DNA of 58,798 nucleotides, the filler included, from Sphacelaria rigidula (lineage: Eukaryota), in assembly GCA_964200075.2 (NCBI GenBank). It is 10 parts of 10 records of this genome, joined end to end, with 100 filler letters (N's around TTAATTAATTAA, not from the genome) between each part and the next. Parts side by side here need not be neighbours in the genome. Positions count along the whole stretch, not along the records: positions 23,562 to 29,351 come from CAXNAA020024442.1; positions 29,452 to 35,241 come from CAXNAA020024443.1; positions 35,342 to 41,131 come from CAXNAA020024444.1; 7 more parts are not named here. One strand, given 5' to 3'. The notes under the pieces are model-generated. The model saw only the letters and a list, made by a program, of their open reading frames with translations. It did not search any database and was not told the origin of the DNA. A program made the position numbers and the translations under genes. Shown here piece by piece: positions 24,623 through 36,323 of this stretch (position 1 is the first letter of the stretch; each line of letters starts with the position of its first letter).

Positions 24623-25206
24623 CCCTGATGAAGGTGATTGTACCAAAAGCTGGATTGTGCAGGAGAGGTATGGGAAGGAAACGCGGAGTTGGAGAAGAAG
24701 TTAGAGTACAAATGACAGAAGCTAAGATGGTATTTGAATGCTCAAAAACGACGAGTGATACAGCATCGAGAGCAGAGTTGGGGATGTACCCACATAAAAC
24801 AGACATGGGAAAACTGAAATGGCAACGAAGCGTAAAGAACACGCATATGAAGAGATTGTCAGCCAGAGTTGACGCGGCCGTATGGAAGGAAATGACCAAA
24901 GGGCAGGCTGGAATACGATGAGATAGAGAAGCCGAGCAAGTATGGAGGAGATAGGAGGAAACCAAGATCAGATACTATCCATGGGTGAAGGCGGGGAGCA
25001 CAAGACAAAATCAAGAGACATGAAAAAAATAAGGAAAGGAGAAACGCTCAGACGCAAAGTAAACCAGGAAGAATGCCTGAAGATACACGGCGGGTGAAGA
25101 AAGGGGAGAGGGATATAAGCATATCTGCATGGCCAAGTGGACGTGGCGAACAATTTGGAATTGCGATTTCCGGTGGGGGACCCGTGCCTGCCAGAACCAA
25201 GTAGTA

Positions 25207-25519
25207 CAAGGGCAGGTCGAGTGGAGTATGTACTTTTGAGAACTCGAGTAAAATACTCGAGTATTTACCCTACTCAAAGTTTGAGTAGGTCGAGTGTGGC
25301 CTCAAATACTCTATTGAAATTTTGAGTACATCGAGTACGACCTCAAATACTCTACTCAAATATTGAGTAAGTACTGTCAGTAATACTCGAGTGTAGAGAA
25401 TCACTAGAATGACCTCAATACTCTACTAGAATTTTGAGTAGATCGAGTACGATCTCCAATACTCTACTCAAAGTTTGAGTAAGCACTCTCAGTAATACTT
25501 GAGTACAGAGTATCCCTTG
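25207..25519. mobile_element. MITE-like element with an array of palindromic TACTCAAA-N-TTTGAGTA units
   Basis: CAAGGG...CCCTTG ends. About five palindromes sit in ~39-bp units, with a higher-order duplication of ~110 bp. Confidence 0.65.
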
Positions 25520-25947
25520 GGTATAGTGAGTATCCGTGACCGTCGGCGACTTCGTGACGTCACTTCACAGACTATGTTGACTACATGGGCGAACCATGGC
25601 CACCAATAAAATGGGTGGCGTTACGATACAGGCTACAAGGAGTATGAGCGAATGATGGCCATGGAAAAATAAAAAGCGTGCAGGTGAATGAACAGTCAAC
25701 CTACCTGCCCCAGCGCCCTATCTTACTAGCCCCCACCCACGGCGATACCTCGCAACGCCTTCGTTATCACTTTCAGTACAGAGCGCTCCTTATGATCATT
25801 AAGTAATCGAGTATGTCGATAAACCGAATATTTTGGCACAAAACAGGTTTCTGCTGTTCAATCGCATCGGACTTGGGGGGAAATGGTGTCCTTCACGCGG
25901 GCGGGAGGGAATCACCGCGACTCTCACAGCCTCACGTGGCAAAATTG

Positions 25948-26086
25948 CAATAGACAAGAAACGTACTACATGAAGTATAGGCCCATTGCAACTATTGTAA
26001 GCCGCCAATAGTTACAATAGACCTATAGTTTATGCAGTACACTTCTCGTCTATTGCACCTACTGACCATATGATGTCCAGGGTGTG
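25948..26086. mobile_element. CACACCCTGG-family MITE, left TIR lost, internal ~52-bp-arm hairpin
   Basis: The right end TATTGCACCTACTGACCATATGATGTCCAGGGTGTG matches 776-811. CAAAATTG is duplicated at 25940-25947 and 26087-26094. Confidence 0.7.
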
Positions 26087-26383
26087 CAAAATTGTGAGGA
26101 TTGCTCCACCATGAAAACACGAATCGCTGCAGCAGGAACATACTGATGACAGAAATGAAAAAAGAATTAAGGATGAAGATGACAATGTATACAAGTATTA
26201 ATATCAGTATAAATGACATAAGCAACACAAAGGATGGAATAGTAAACAAGATATAAAGTAAAGACGTGGGAGAATAAAAAATGATAATAATATGACCACT
26301 TGACTTAGTGCTTGATAAATTCAACGGGAGGACCGTCGTGCTATGGTAACATCTCTCTGGGAACCGCTGCCCTCGCTACACAC

Positions 26384-26627
26384 CACACCCTGAGCACGAT
26401 GCGATCAATTGTCGGAACACCAAAAATATACCACGTAAAGTATGAGACAATTGCAATGATTGCTGGACAGCTGACAGCAGTTGCCATACAAACCCATACT
26501 TGACCAAGTACAATATTTATGTTGCAACTTTCGACCACATACTGCGCAGCAGTTGCAACAGGCCTGTACTCTACGCAGTACAAATCTTTTCTGTTGCAGC
26601 CACTGACCACGTGTTTTCCGGAGTGTC
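26384..26627. mobile_element. Degenerate third copy of the CACACCCTGG MITE family
   Basis: CACACCCTGAGC left end and TTGCAGCCACTGACCACGTGTTTTCCGGAGTGT right end. Confidence 0.5.
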
Positions 26628-27339
26628 TTACACACACTCCATCTCCAATGTACGCATACTCAAGAACAGCAAGAAACTTACCACGCGGCAGGGTGGCGAT
26701 CAGGGTACTTGGGTACATCCAAGGGCACGCACCCTCCACATGACATGGGTCTGTCCCAATTTGAGTTGAGCTGTCCGGGGTTCTCTTGGCTCGAAAATGG
26801 TGACCAAAATCTCAAATTATGTCATATATGTTTTCCTTTTCTTTTTACATGAAGGCATCCCGAGCTTTTTCACGGGAGGTATCGATCCCATCACACAACG
26901 ACAAGAAAAACAAATAGTCGCTGGCCTTGAAATAGCGACCAGTTTATTTGAGGCAAAAAAATCTCCGGGGCAGTAAATTTCAAAGGGGATAATAACAAAG
27001 CAATCAGTTTGTTTGACGAGTAGGAAGCAGGATGACGATTATCACCTAATACTCACATCATCCTAGCGCCTGGACAGGATCTCCAGCGCGGAATTCCAAA
27101 ACTGATTATATGTATACATATATAATGTACATGTGTACGTTTATACACGATATTTGCGTATGTACGTATATACATGTATCGTAGATGTGTGCATGTACAC
27201 ATACACCACAAGGACACAGAGGCCGGTCAAGGGCAGGAAAGAGAAATATGGGAACAAGAGTTAAAACAAAAATGGAAGATGGATTTAGATGTCACCCCCG
27301 CAGGAAGAATCAGCGCCGCCAAATAAAAACAAAACGAAG

Positions 27340-27550
27340 GATCAAGAGAGAGAGAGAGAGAGAGGGAGAGGAAGAAGAGAAAAAAACAGAGGAGTGGGGA
27401 TCAACAAACAAAACGGAGAGAATCGAACGCAGGGCCGCATACGCATGAGGGATAGGGGAAGGAGGGAAAGAGGAGGAGGACGGGTGGGGAAGGGAGGGGA
27501 GGGAAGGGAGGGGGGCAGGATGGGCCACGGGAAGGTAGGGAGGGAGAGGG
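27340..27550. repeat. (GA)n microsatellite and G/A-rich low-complexity tract
   Basis: Directly visible in the sequence. Confidence 0.85.
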
Positions 27551-28577
27551 TTGGCAATCAGCCGAGCGTAGACGAAGAGGGGCGTGCGGAAGGCTCCATG
27601 TGGTCATGATGGGGTGCAGGGAGCGCAGGAGGGAAGGGCACTGCGGCAATCACATGATATTATTCCCACCGTCATTCGGAAGCAGGGTACTCGTGATGGG
27701 GTCAGGGACGAAAGCTATGTAAGAGAGAGTTGCAGGTTCAGCAATAAACTCTGTTTCGTGAACGCTCATTAGTTACCATTTTTTTTTTTCAGCTTGTCTC
27801 CTGTTCTCCGTTGCACGCCCCCGTGTGACCCTAGTTGTCACCCTCTTCTTCTCCCCACTGCTACAGACATCATATGCATGATGACCCTTCCTCTCGACTA
27901 TATCTGGGTATTTTTCTAGAGCGCGGGAGCATTGATGTATAAAACCCAACAACTCTCCAAAACTCCGCAGTGTGAGTGAGGACACATGGACACCAAAATG
28001 AGAAAATCCGAAGCCGAAGCGTGAACGAGCAAATACCGTGAGCTCGCAGGATATCACCTCTAGGTGATGACTTTCTGAGCCCCGAAATTTCACCCCCTGG
28101 GGGGTGGTTTTATTGGGGAGTGAGGTACTTTACGTACCCGCATGCGGCACTGTGGGCAACGACATGATACTTGACCTACCCGCATCCATCACGTGGGAGT
28201 GTATTTATATGCATTGCCTATGCTCATACTTTTCTTCGGCCAGAAAACAAAATACAAGAAACAAAACGCGAATACGTTTTTTCTTTATATTGAAAAACGT
28301 CACGATTGGATAACAAACCACGTAGCGACTGTCTCGAGCGAATACCGCTGCGTTCGGAATCGCTTGAACACGAGAAAATATGTGCTCCTGAAAGTACGAT
28401 AGCCGTATGCCTGATCTTGTACATGATAGCGAGGCGAAATCGGCCGGCCAAACCAGGCGGCAGTTCAAGATATCTTGGCCTCTCGAACAATGAAGAAGCT
28501 CGTATTTTTCTTTCTTCTCGTCAAGAAGCTAAAAAACACACACACTACGAGCTGGGCCAGCCTAAAAACGGACTCAA

Positions 28578-28695
28578 CCCTTTTGGAACCCACTGACGAT
28601 TTTTATTTTCGTGTATCGGCATCATTTTGACTTGAAAATGACTGAAAATGATGCCGATTCTCAAAAACAAAAGTCGTCAATGAGTTCCTAAAGGG
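28578..28695. mobile_element. 118-bp piggyBac-like MITE
   Basis: CCC...GGG termini, ~51-bp imperfect arms, and TCAA duplicated on both sides (TTAA-like). Confidence 0.75.
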
Positions 28696-29451
28696 TCAAG
28701 CTCTAAAAGCAATATCTCATCGACAAATACGAGTTGGGCCGTGATCCGCATATCGTATTAATCAGCTAATCAAGGGGAGGTTGCCCATCTGCTCAAAAGG
28801 TTGGGCCCATATTTTCTCGTTGATTAACCCCATGTCTAGTAATTCCTATACCCAAGGGAGATAGCGCCAATACTAGAATCTCTATGAAACTCCCGATCGA
28901 TGCATTTAGCGGATGGCGACGAATTCTGGTGTGGAGAACCACAAAAGAGTGCCGAACAAAACAAAAAATGGGCCTTCCATTGTTTTTTCTTCATAGAGGG
29001 TAGGGCGTTCTCGTGAAATATGGTCTTTACCATAGTAGAACGCCCTAAACCAGTGGGAAAAATTGAAAAGAATCAACCTGAGGCCGGATGTTATGGCACA
29101 CAGATTTTTGGCCCACGGATTGTTCACTTTTTGGACTTTGAGCCACTTTTTGACCAAACAGGGAAAATCGCCAACACACGTCTTGGACACTTTGCATCAC
29201 CCCACAGAGAGAGGAGCGTAGTCCACTTTTCAGATTCGTTTGGCTCTAAGGTTTCGAGAGCGGCCGCCGAACAAAAATCCGTGTGCAACGAAATCTACGG
29301 CGATCTCCACAGATTATTGGGCAAACTGGCGGGGGTCGGCAAGCACCGATTNNNNNNNNNNNNNNNNNNNNNNNNNNNNNNNNNNNNNNNNNNNNTTAAT
29401 TAATTAANNNNNNNNNNNNNNNNNNNNNNNNNNNNNNNNNNNNNNNNNNNN

Positions 29452-29587
29452 CGCAATTCATCGACTCTGTGAGCTTACAGCGCTGACCGAAACCGTCATT
29501 CCCCCCCCTTTTTTGAGGAGGGTAATATCAGGGAAAATGACGATTGCTTCGGTCAGCGCTGTAAGCTCACAGAGTCCATGAATTGCG
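29452..29587. repeat. Near-perfect hairpin with 40-bp arms at the contig start
   Basis: CGCAATTCATCGACTCTGTGAGCTTACAGCGCTGACCGAA ... TTCGGTCAGCGCTGTAAGCTCACAGAGTCCATGAATTGCG, one mismatch. Confidence 0.9.
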
Positions 29588-29729
29588 GTGAAAAAGTATC
29601 TACGCGATCGAGGGGCATTAGGCCGACAAAAACGTCATTGAGCATCATCGCTGAAAGTGTGGGGAAAGCACTATTTTAGGCTTGAACCTCATCTCGGAGT
29701 GAAACCTCAATTTGCACAATTTGTTGTTG

Positions 29730-32623
29730 GTTCATGAGATCAAAGGCATTGATGCATGGACTGTCGCAGTCGCGCATGCTGTGGCTTTGAACACCACAGT
29801 TGATACAACTGTTGGGATGACTGCTGAAGGCATTGCGTCTAGCGGAAGACGAAAGAAGTGGGTTCCACAAATGGGGGTCATCACTTATGAATGCCGTCGT
29901 TGAAGTCAAGTAAACATCATCCCAAGTTTCCTCGGAAAACGGCCAACCATCAAAACTTGCGCTAAATGCATCTCTAGTACCCTGAACATGCATAACTGAA
30001 CCGGCGACTGAGTCGGGGCTCCATGAAGCGCGAGACAAGCTCGAATTTCTGCCGCCAGCCGGTTTGGCATGAGCGGAGGACACGGCCGTAGGTTGTGAAC
30101 GCACAGACGTTGAAGGTTTACCACGTATGGCAGGCGTTAGATTACCCTCTTGGTGTGCAAAAGCAGACCACGTGGTATCAACGGAGGCGTAAGGCACCTC
30201 ACGATGCGCTAAGACATCCGGAAATAACGACGGCATCAGAGCCGGATACTGTTGAGCAACGCTATTGCGAACAGAAGTCTGACACATTGCATCGCTCGGT
30301 CCATCCTGGCGTCCGACACCCGTCGTACCCGAAACCAAAAGCTTAAATTCGCGGAGATAATCCGCGAAGGGGACATCAGAGGTGACAACAAAAGAACTCA
30401 CCCTTTGAATGGCACTGGCCTAGTCACTGTTAACGAAGTAACCGATCAGACGCCTCTCCAAATCAGAGAGTAATACCGGGCCTGTCTTCCCCTTGGCACG
30501 GTCCGGGTCCATCTCGGCGAGGAAGCCATCGAGAATCTGCGTTAAAGAAGTAGCGAGGTCGGGAGAGCGGCGGCTGATCGATCGATGCATTGCTTTGTAC
30601 AAGGGAGTCTGCCAGCCCTCTACCCAATCGGAATCTTTGAAACGTTGTGTGCAAGTCACATCCGCCAAGTGGAGACACTTTCTACGATAGCCCCCCCCAA
30701 GAAAGTGCATGGTTTTGGGAAGCAAAATCTTCACGTAAATCGAAATGGGAAACGCCGAGGACAACGAGAAACTGGGAATTCTCACGCTTGGGTTCGTTCT
30801 AGCCAATGTCGCCAATATGAGGCGCTTCACGTAGCCTGAACCCAAGCATCAGGCGCTATATCGGGATTGTTTTTGTGACACGTTTGAGCTGGTTTTGGGG
30901 GGGGGCTATCGTAGAAAGTGTCTAAAGAATGTTACAAACAGTACGGTGGATGGACGTGATAAGGGCAGAGGTAAACTGGGCCGAATCTTCGTTATCCGCA
31001 GCAGGCATGGTTTTGATGTGCCAGAGTTTTTTCACATCCATCTGAATATGCTGTCTCTGTATTGCAGCTACTCGGGCAGACTCAGCTCTATCGGAAGCTG
31101 TTTCTTTGCTAGCTTCGGAACGTTCTTTGTCAGCCGCAGCGGTTGCTAAGGCGCGGGCTGCACTAGAAGACAAAGGACGGTCAGGTGTATCCGTATCGGA
31201 CAAACCTAAAATGCGGGCCGAAACATCAGCCAATTTAGGAATCACTTGCCTGGGAGTCACCGAGCCCGAGGCGGGAAGCTCCGTGTCAGACTTGTTCCAA
31301 CCAGTTGCCGATGAGCCGGAAGAATTACCTCCGTGGTTCTTGCGGTGCGGTTTGCGAGGCGGGCGGTTCGGTCCGGAACCGCCCGAAGAGGATCCCCCAC
31401 CGCCATGGCGGCAGCGTGAATTCCCTCCATCGTTGTCATCGTCGTCGCGCCTGTGATTCTTCTTCTGACCCCTGCGATTGGATGTTGCGGGAGTCCACCC
31501 ATCTTTATCTTTGTCTCCGTCGATGGTGGCGTCGGGATAAGTGTTGTAAGCGGGGTGAAGCGCCGCAAAAAGTTGGATGACCGCGGCAACGTAGGTTTCG
31601 TGGTCCCAGTGGCTGCCGATGGTTGTCTGCAGAACCAGTTGGCCCCAGGTGAGCACCAAGAGGCCCTCTTTGGGGAGGAAGCAGTTCTGTTCGACATAAA
31701 CCCCCATAGCATAGAACATACGTTGTGAGCTCAAGGCCCATGCGTCGTGGTAGCAGTAAAGGTGATTTCGACGTTCAAAAGAACCGGTATGAGTAGTCAC
31801 GGGACGAGAAAGCCACTCTCGTTCGTGGATTACGAGTCGCAAGTCTTGCGCAGAAACGGCGCTCGGCACCGAGCTACCTTCTTGCGGTGGCGGTGTCGGA
31901 GGCGTCGTGGGGGCGGCAGCGGCCGCAGCAGACGACGTCCTATCGGACTTTCGTGGAATCACGTAGGTCGATCTGTTGGGTGTTGGCAGGCGGAGCCTTT
32001 GCCGAAGGCGGAGAGGCTTGATGGTCGGATAGGCGCGCCACCGACGAGTCCGCTGCTTGAGCCGTCCGTCGAACATGAGCTTCGAGCTCGCGGACCCGTC
32101 TCTGGGCCGTCACGGCCACAATATGGCCCTCCTGCAGCGCTCGTTGCGCCGCCGTGCTCGTGGATTGGGCATGGGAGGCCTGCTGCTGAAGGTCCTTCAG
32201 CGTTTCTGCGTGCTCCTCCAGAAGGAGGCGGGCAGCGGCGGCGTCAACGCCACGTTGCTGAGCAAGTATGTCCTGTGCCAATGCAGGCGCCTGTGATGCA
32301 TAGTCATCGATGAGCTGCTGTTTTTCCGCACGGGGTCGGTTTGTGAACAGCCGTAAAAGTAGGCCGGTGAGGCAGTACTCGTCGCCGAGCGGAGGGAGGA
32401 TCTCCATGGATGGGGGCGGGCGCACAGGGGCAGTTGTGGAACCGCTATCGGCGTCCGTGTCGACGGCAGACGGAGCGGCGGTGGTTGTCGGAGCCGTCGC
32501 GGGGGCGGCTGAAGGTGCAGCGGCCACAGTAGCGGCAGCAGTAGCTGCAGCAGTAGCTGCAGCAGTAGCTGCAGGAGCGCGAGTGGGCTTCGTGGCGGCG
32601 GCAGCGGATGTGGAAGTGTCCAT
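29730..32623 (-). pseudogene. Long gag-like ORF of a second copy of the contig 3 Gypsy family
   Basis: Intact CCHC knuckle CINCGVQSHSMRDC (29766-29807). Broken by a frameshift near 32030, a MITE and a stop or frameshift near 30420. Colinear with 15310-17085. Confidence 0.85.
30674..30922. mobile_element. 249-bp MITE inserted in gag (GACACTTTCTACGATAGCCCCCC TIR)
   Basis: Perfect TIRs. Absent at the homologous site in contig 3 (~16250), which implies a ~4-bp TSD (TGGA/TAAA versus empty-site TGAA). Confidence 0.9.
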
Positions 32624-32649
32624 GGTAGACAGTTATCTCTCAAGTTCTG

Positions 32650-34107
32650 TCAAGCGTGGTTGAAGAGAACAAATAAGTGCAGCATCGGAGCGGGAAGGTG
32701 GTTCGCGGTCAGTGCGTGGTCGTCGGTTTTGCAATGAGGTGCTCCTTTAATTGAGGATTCCGGAGCTGTTGACATGTCCAAAAACATGTTTCGGATATCA
32801 TCAGCATGTACAGTGTTACTATTGCGTACATGACGGCTGTGTGACAGATGCGGAGCAGGAGAGGTGCGCGAGGGTGCCTGATCGATGTTTTTCGAGCGCG
32901 AGTGAACGCGGGAAGAACTTGATCTGTGCCGCAAGGCATCCTCGTGAGTACGTTCACGGTTAGCATTCACCGGGCGCTTCGGAGCGCGCGATGGACTGGA
33001 ACTGTGACGGGAACTACCGTCGTAATTGTAACCATGAGTGATGTTCTTCGGGGGTGTAGAAACGCGCGATGAATTCAAGCTTTGCTGGGAGTTGCCCTTA
33101 CAACTGCCAGAACGGGAGACGTGGTCGTGACGAAGTCTCGGTGTGCGGCGCCGGTCGGAAGCGCGAGTAAGGCTCTGGTGCGACGTTGAGGAAGGGCTAG
33201 ACTCATGTTCGTTGAATTTGTCATGAGTGACGAACGGAGAGCGCGATGTCACTGAACGGGGCACCAGGCGTACGGGTTTGGGCGTAGTAGGTGCAGAATC
33301 ATCATTGAATTGCACATGAGCAGACGCCGATTGATCTTGGAGCGTGGCGTGGCAAAAAGCCGTAAATGCCTCCATGAGAACTCGCGCTGGCGCTGGCGAC
33401 GACGCCGATGAGGTGCGATGCAGAGTTTTCATGGTAGCATGCATGGCCGCAACTGCCGGTCCGACATTGAACTGCGCAGTAGGGCGCACGGGACAATCGA
33501 GAGTCGTGCGGAGGGGGTCCGTAATGGAAGCAGCCCGTGTGACAAAGTCTCTTGCTCCAGGAGCGATAAGCTTCGTCGGGACAGAATCGCCTCGAAAGTT
33601 GTCAGCCGTCAAACGATGGGGTGCCCCGGTTGAAGCAACCGTTAAAGGGCCAAGCTGGACACGTGGGTCCAGGGGCAACGACTCAGCTGGGGGCACAATC
33701 CTGACTTCTTTTTCCACGTTGGGATTCGGAAGAACAGAATGCAGCGAGGGGGGTGCAACGGAATCCACCGTTTTGAGCTCACTGACATCTCCGTCAGGAA
33801 CCAATGACTCAGCCGGTTGCACTACCTTGTTCTCTGGGTCCAAGTCGGAACGGGAGAGAACAGGTCTCGGCGTCAAAGTCTTGTTTTCAAGCCTTGAAGA
33901 ACGAGCACCGCTCGAGAGTTGGTGTTCAGATCCCGAAGATCGAACAGCGCTCGCATACGCGCGGCGATGAGTTGACGGTGACGTGACATTCATCTTAAAC
34001 GATTTTGAAGCGTTGGCAGTTTGACTCCGGGTCCGACGAAGCGATTGGTTTCCCAATCGGGGGGAAGAGCCAGCGTTTTTTCTGTGCGACATGATAATCG
34101 TACGCAA
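32650..34107 (-). CDS. 485-aa Ser/Pro/Arg-rich ORF directly upstream of gag, function unknown
   Basis: Uninterrupted ATG-initiated ORF on the same strand, ending 26 nt before the gag ATG. No recognisable motif. Confidence 0.55.
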   Translation of the reverse strand: MRTIIMSHRKNAGSSPRLGNQSLRRTRSQTANASKSFKMNVTSPSTHRRAYASAVRSSGSEHQLSSGARSSRLENKTLTPRPVLSRSDLDPENKVVQPAESLVPDGDVSELKTVDSVAPPSLHSVLPNPNVEKEVRIVPPAESLPLDPRVQLGPLTVASTGAPHRLTADNFRGDSVPTKLIAPGARDFVTRAASITDPLRTTLDCPVRPTAQFNVGPAVAAMHATMKTLHRTSSASSPAPARVLMEAFTAFCHATLQDQSASAHVQFNDDSAPTTPKPVRLVPRSVTSRSPFVTHDKFNEHESSPSSTSHQSLTRASDRRRTPRLRHDHVSRSGSCKGNSQQSLNSSRVSTPPKNITHGYNYDGSSRHSSSPSRAPKRPVNANRERTHEDALRHRSSSSRVHSRSKNIDQAPSRTSPAPHLSHSRHVRNSNTVHADDIRNMFLDMSTAPESSIKGAPHCKTDDHALTANHLPAPMLHLFVLFNHA

Positions 34108-35768
34108 CCTTTGTGCTTAAAAGGGCAGGGGCAGTGTGTCTGGTCTGCGGGCTCTACTCCAAGGAGCGTGACACCAAGAGATGCTACGTGCCAAAGCCGA
34201 AGTTTGCATCCGGAAATACGGGATAATAAAGCCTAATAGCGCCTGAGGGGACCGTGGGACCTGACTCACTTGAGTAATTTGTTTAAGCGAGTTGCTGTAT
34301 GTAACAACTATGTCCGGGGTTTGGTCAATACAACTTGATTTAAATTGTTGCGGTAATAGCTATCAACGGAGCTCGGGATTGGTACAGAACAGACCAATGG
34401 TGTCGAAGAAAAGCGAAGACCCGATTGTCTGTAGCAGCGTTGACACGTGAAAGTCGTACAACTTGCACGTGTTCCGGGTGTGGCGTCACGAGCAGACTAT
34501 ACCTGTATTATCCCCGCACAAGCTGAAGGACGACTGGCGATGTGCAAATGAAGAGAATCATGTTTTTCAGACGAGCACGAAAATTGTGCAGCGTGAGGCA
34601 GCACAAAAGTTTTTACAAAGCTTGGGATGTAGACCGCGAAATCGAACTGCGTAGTGCAGGGCGAAGGCTTGTTGCACAACGGAGTTGAGGCAACGTATGT
34701 TTGTGAAACAAAGGTGAAGTGGTGCACAACAGGGGCAACGCTTGGAGCGGGTGCCGAAAAATTGTAGTGCACAGGCAAGGGGCACTGGTTTCGAGTGCTG
34801 TCTGTTCAAGTGGGCACGAAACGTGGTTTGAAATGTTTCAACGAGTATTATCGCAACGAAACCGTCTCGGAACAAAACAAATGTTCGTTGGAGAGGGGGT
34901 TGCAGTTCTTTGTGCTGTGTATTGTTACTTACCACGGTGATGTACCGCGTTGCTTCTACGGTTGTGCGAAGTACAGAAGAGGACAACAACAACAAAGAAG
35001 CCACGAGCAATGAAGCTAAAGCTACAACAACAACAAAGTTGCTACAAGCAACGAAGTTAAAGTGCCGGAACGGGTCCAAATCTCGTGTACGGTACAGATG
35101 TTCGTTGTCACTTTGTGGGAGTGTTCCGGATGTATCGGTCATGATCCAGTCGAGTAGATTCCATGTGTCATACTCTTGCGTGGTCTAGCCCGACAGGTCA
35201 TGTGCCATTCTGAGTCTGTTTGATTTCGACTGTGCCCCCCTNNNNNNNNNNNNNNNNNNNNNNNNNNNNNNNNNNNNNNNNNNNNTTAATTAATTAANNN
35301 NNNNNNNNNNNNNNNNNNNNNNNNNNNNNNNNNNNNNNNNNAGGCCTGATCAGTTTGCAGCAAACAAAACCAGCTCAAGGCGTGTTAACGTCGCGAGGAG
35401 TTGGGGGAGTAGAGCCGAGGAGGTTCTGAGGCAGTGCTAGGGCAGGCTGTGGTATCGCTCGTGCGAGAGGTGAGGGCGGTCGATCGACAGCGGGCGAGCC
35501 CGTGCACGTTCCAGAAAAAGCGGCGCAATTACTGCCTGGTGGAGCCAGCGAGAGTTGCGTGTTCCACGCTTGGCCAGGTACGGCCAGGAAGAGGAGTCTA
35601 GGAAAAGGCACACGTGGTGAGACCTGCGTGACAAAGCGGTGCTCTGGCCATTGTCGTTGTAAGGTGATACAGCGCGTCTCGGTGTAAGGAGAGAGTTGTT
35701 GTTCCTGTGAGTGGGAGGCGACTTCGTTTTTCAAAAAGGCGGTGTGAAGTGCTGTACTGCTGACCGAA

Positions 35769-36323
35769 ATGAATGAGGCGCAGGAATATGTCATCGTCGA
35801 TGGTGATATTGTTCCTGTACTGGCGCTGGAGATGCCGTACTACGGCCGCAAGTTTTCGAGCGAGAAGTCGGCCGAGTTTTTACGCAAATACGAGCAATAT
35901 TTGCGAGATATAGATGAGGTGAACGCGCGGTGGACAAATCTCTTTGAGGTGGCAGCAGTTTCTGAGCTCATGCCGGAACATATTGCGAAATGTCTGTATG
36001 ACACGTTCTTGAAGCATGATGATGATGTTGAGGACGAGCAGTTGCTTTTCGCGTTGCGCAAGCATGCGCCATCCGGTGAGGCTGCTTGCACTGTGACAGC
36101 CGACAAATGTGTGTCTGCCAAAGGGGACAGGCACGACAGTGCACCCGCCGAACGTGCAGTAGGTGCTGCGCGTTTGAATCAACGATACAGGGCAGCTGCT
36201 CGCACTGTGAAAGCCGATAAGCATGTGTCTGCCCGAGGGGATAGGCACGATAGTGCACCCGCTGAACGTGCAGTCGGTAGGGCGCGTCTTAAACCACGAT
36301 ACAAGGGCAGCTATTTCCACTGA
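35769..36323 (+). CDS. Truncated gag-like ORF 1 with a 38-aa tandem repeat
   Basis: The N-terminal ~100 aa align with gag-like ORF 2. A 114-bp tandem duplication spans 36081-36312. Confidence 0.65.
   Translation: MNEAQEYVIVDGDIVPVLALEMPYYGRKFSSEKSAEFLRKYEQYLRDIDEVNARWTNLFEVAAVSELMPEHIAKCLYDTFLKHDDDVEDEQLLFALRKHAPSGEAACTVTADKCVSAKGDRHDSAPAERAVGAARLNQRYRAAARTVKADKHVSARGDRHDSAPAERAVGRARLKPRYKGSYFH

Noticed and set aside
25260..25500. CRISPR-like look of the spaced palindromes
   Set aside because: The intervening sequences are themselves repeated, there are no cas genes, and the context is eukaryotic.
31106..33970. Long plus-strand ORFs overlapping the Gypsy ORFs (and most other short ORFs in the track)
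   Set aside because: These are antisense shadows of GC-rich coding sequence or chance ORFs. ORFs ending in X..LIN are spacer artefacts.
35342..35385. Hammerhead-like CTGATCA-GTTTG-CAG-CAAAC-AAAAC in the LTR (retrozyme idea)
   Set aside because: Core bases are wrong in both LTR copies (CTGATCA/CTGACCA, no GAAA), and no helix I partner is present.
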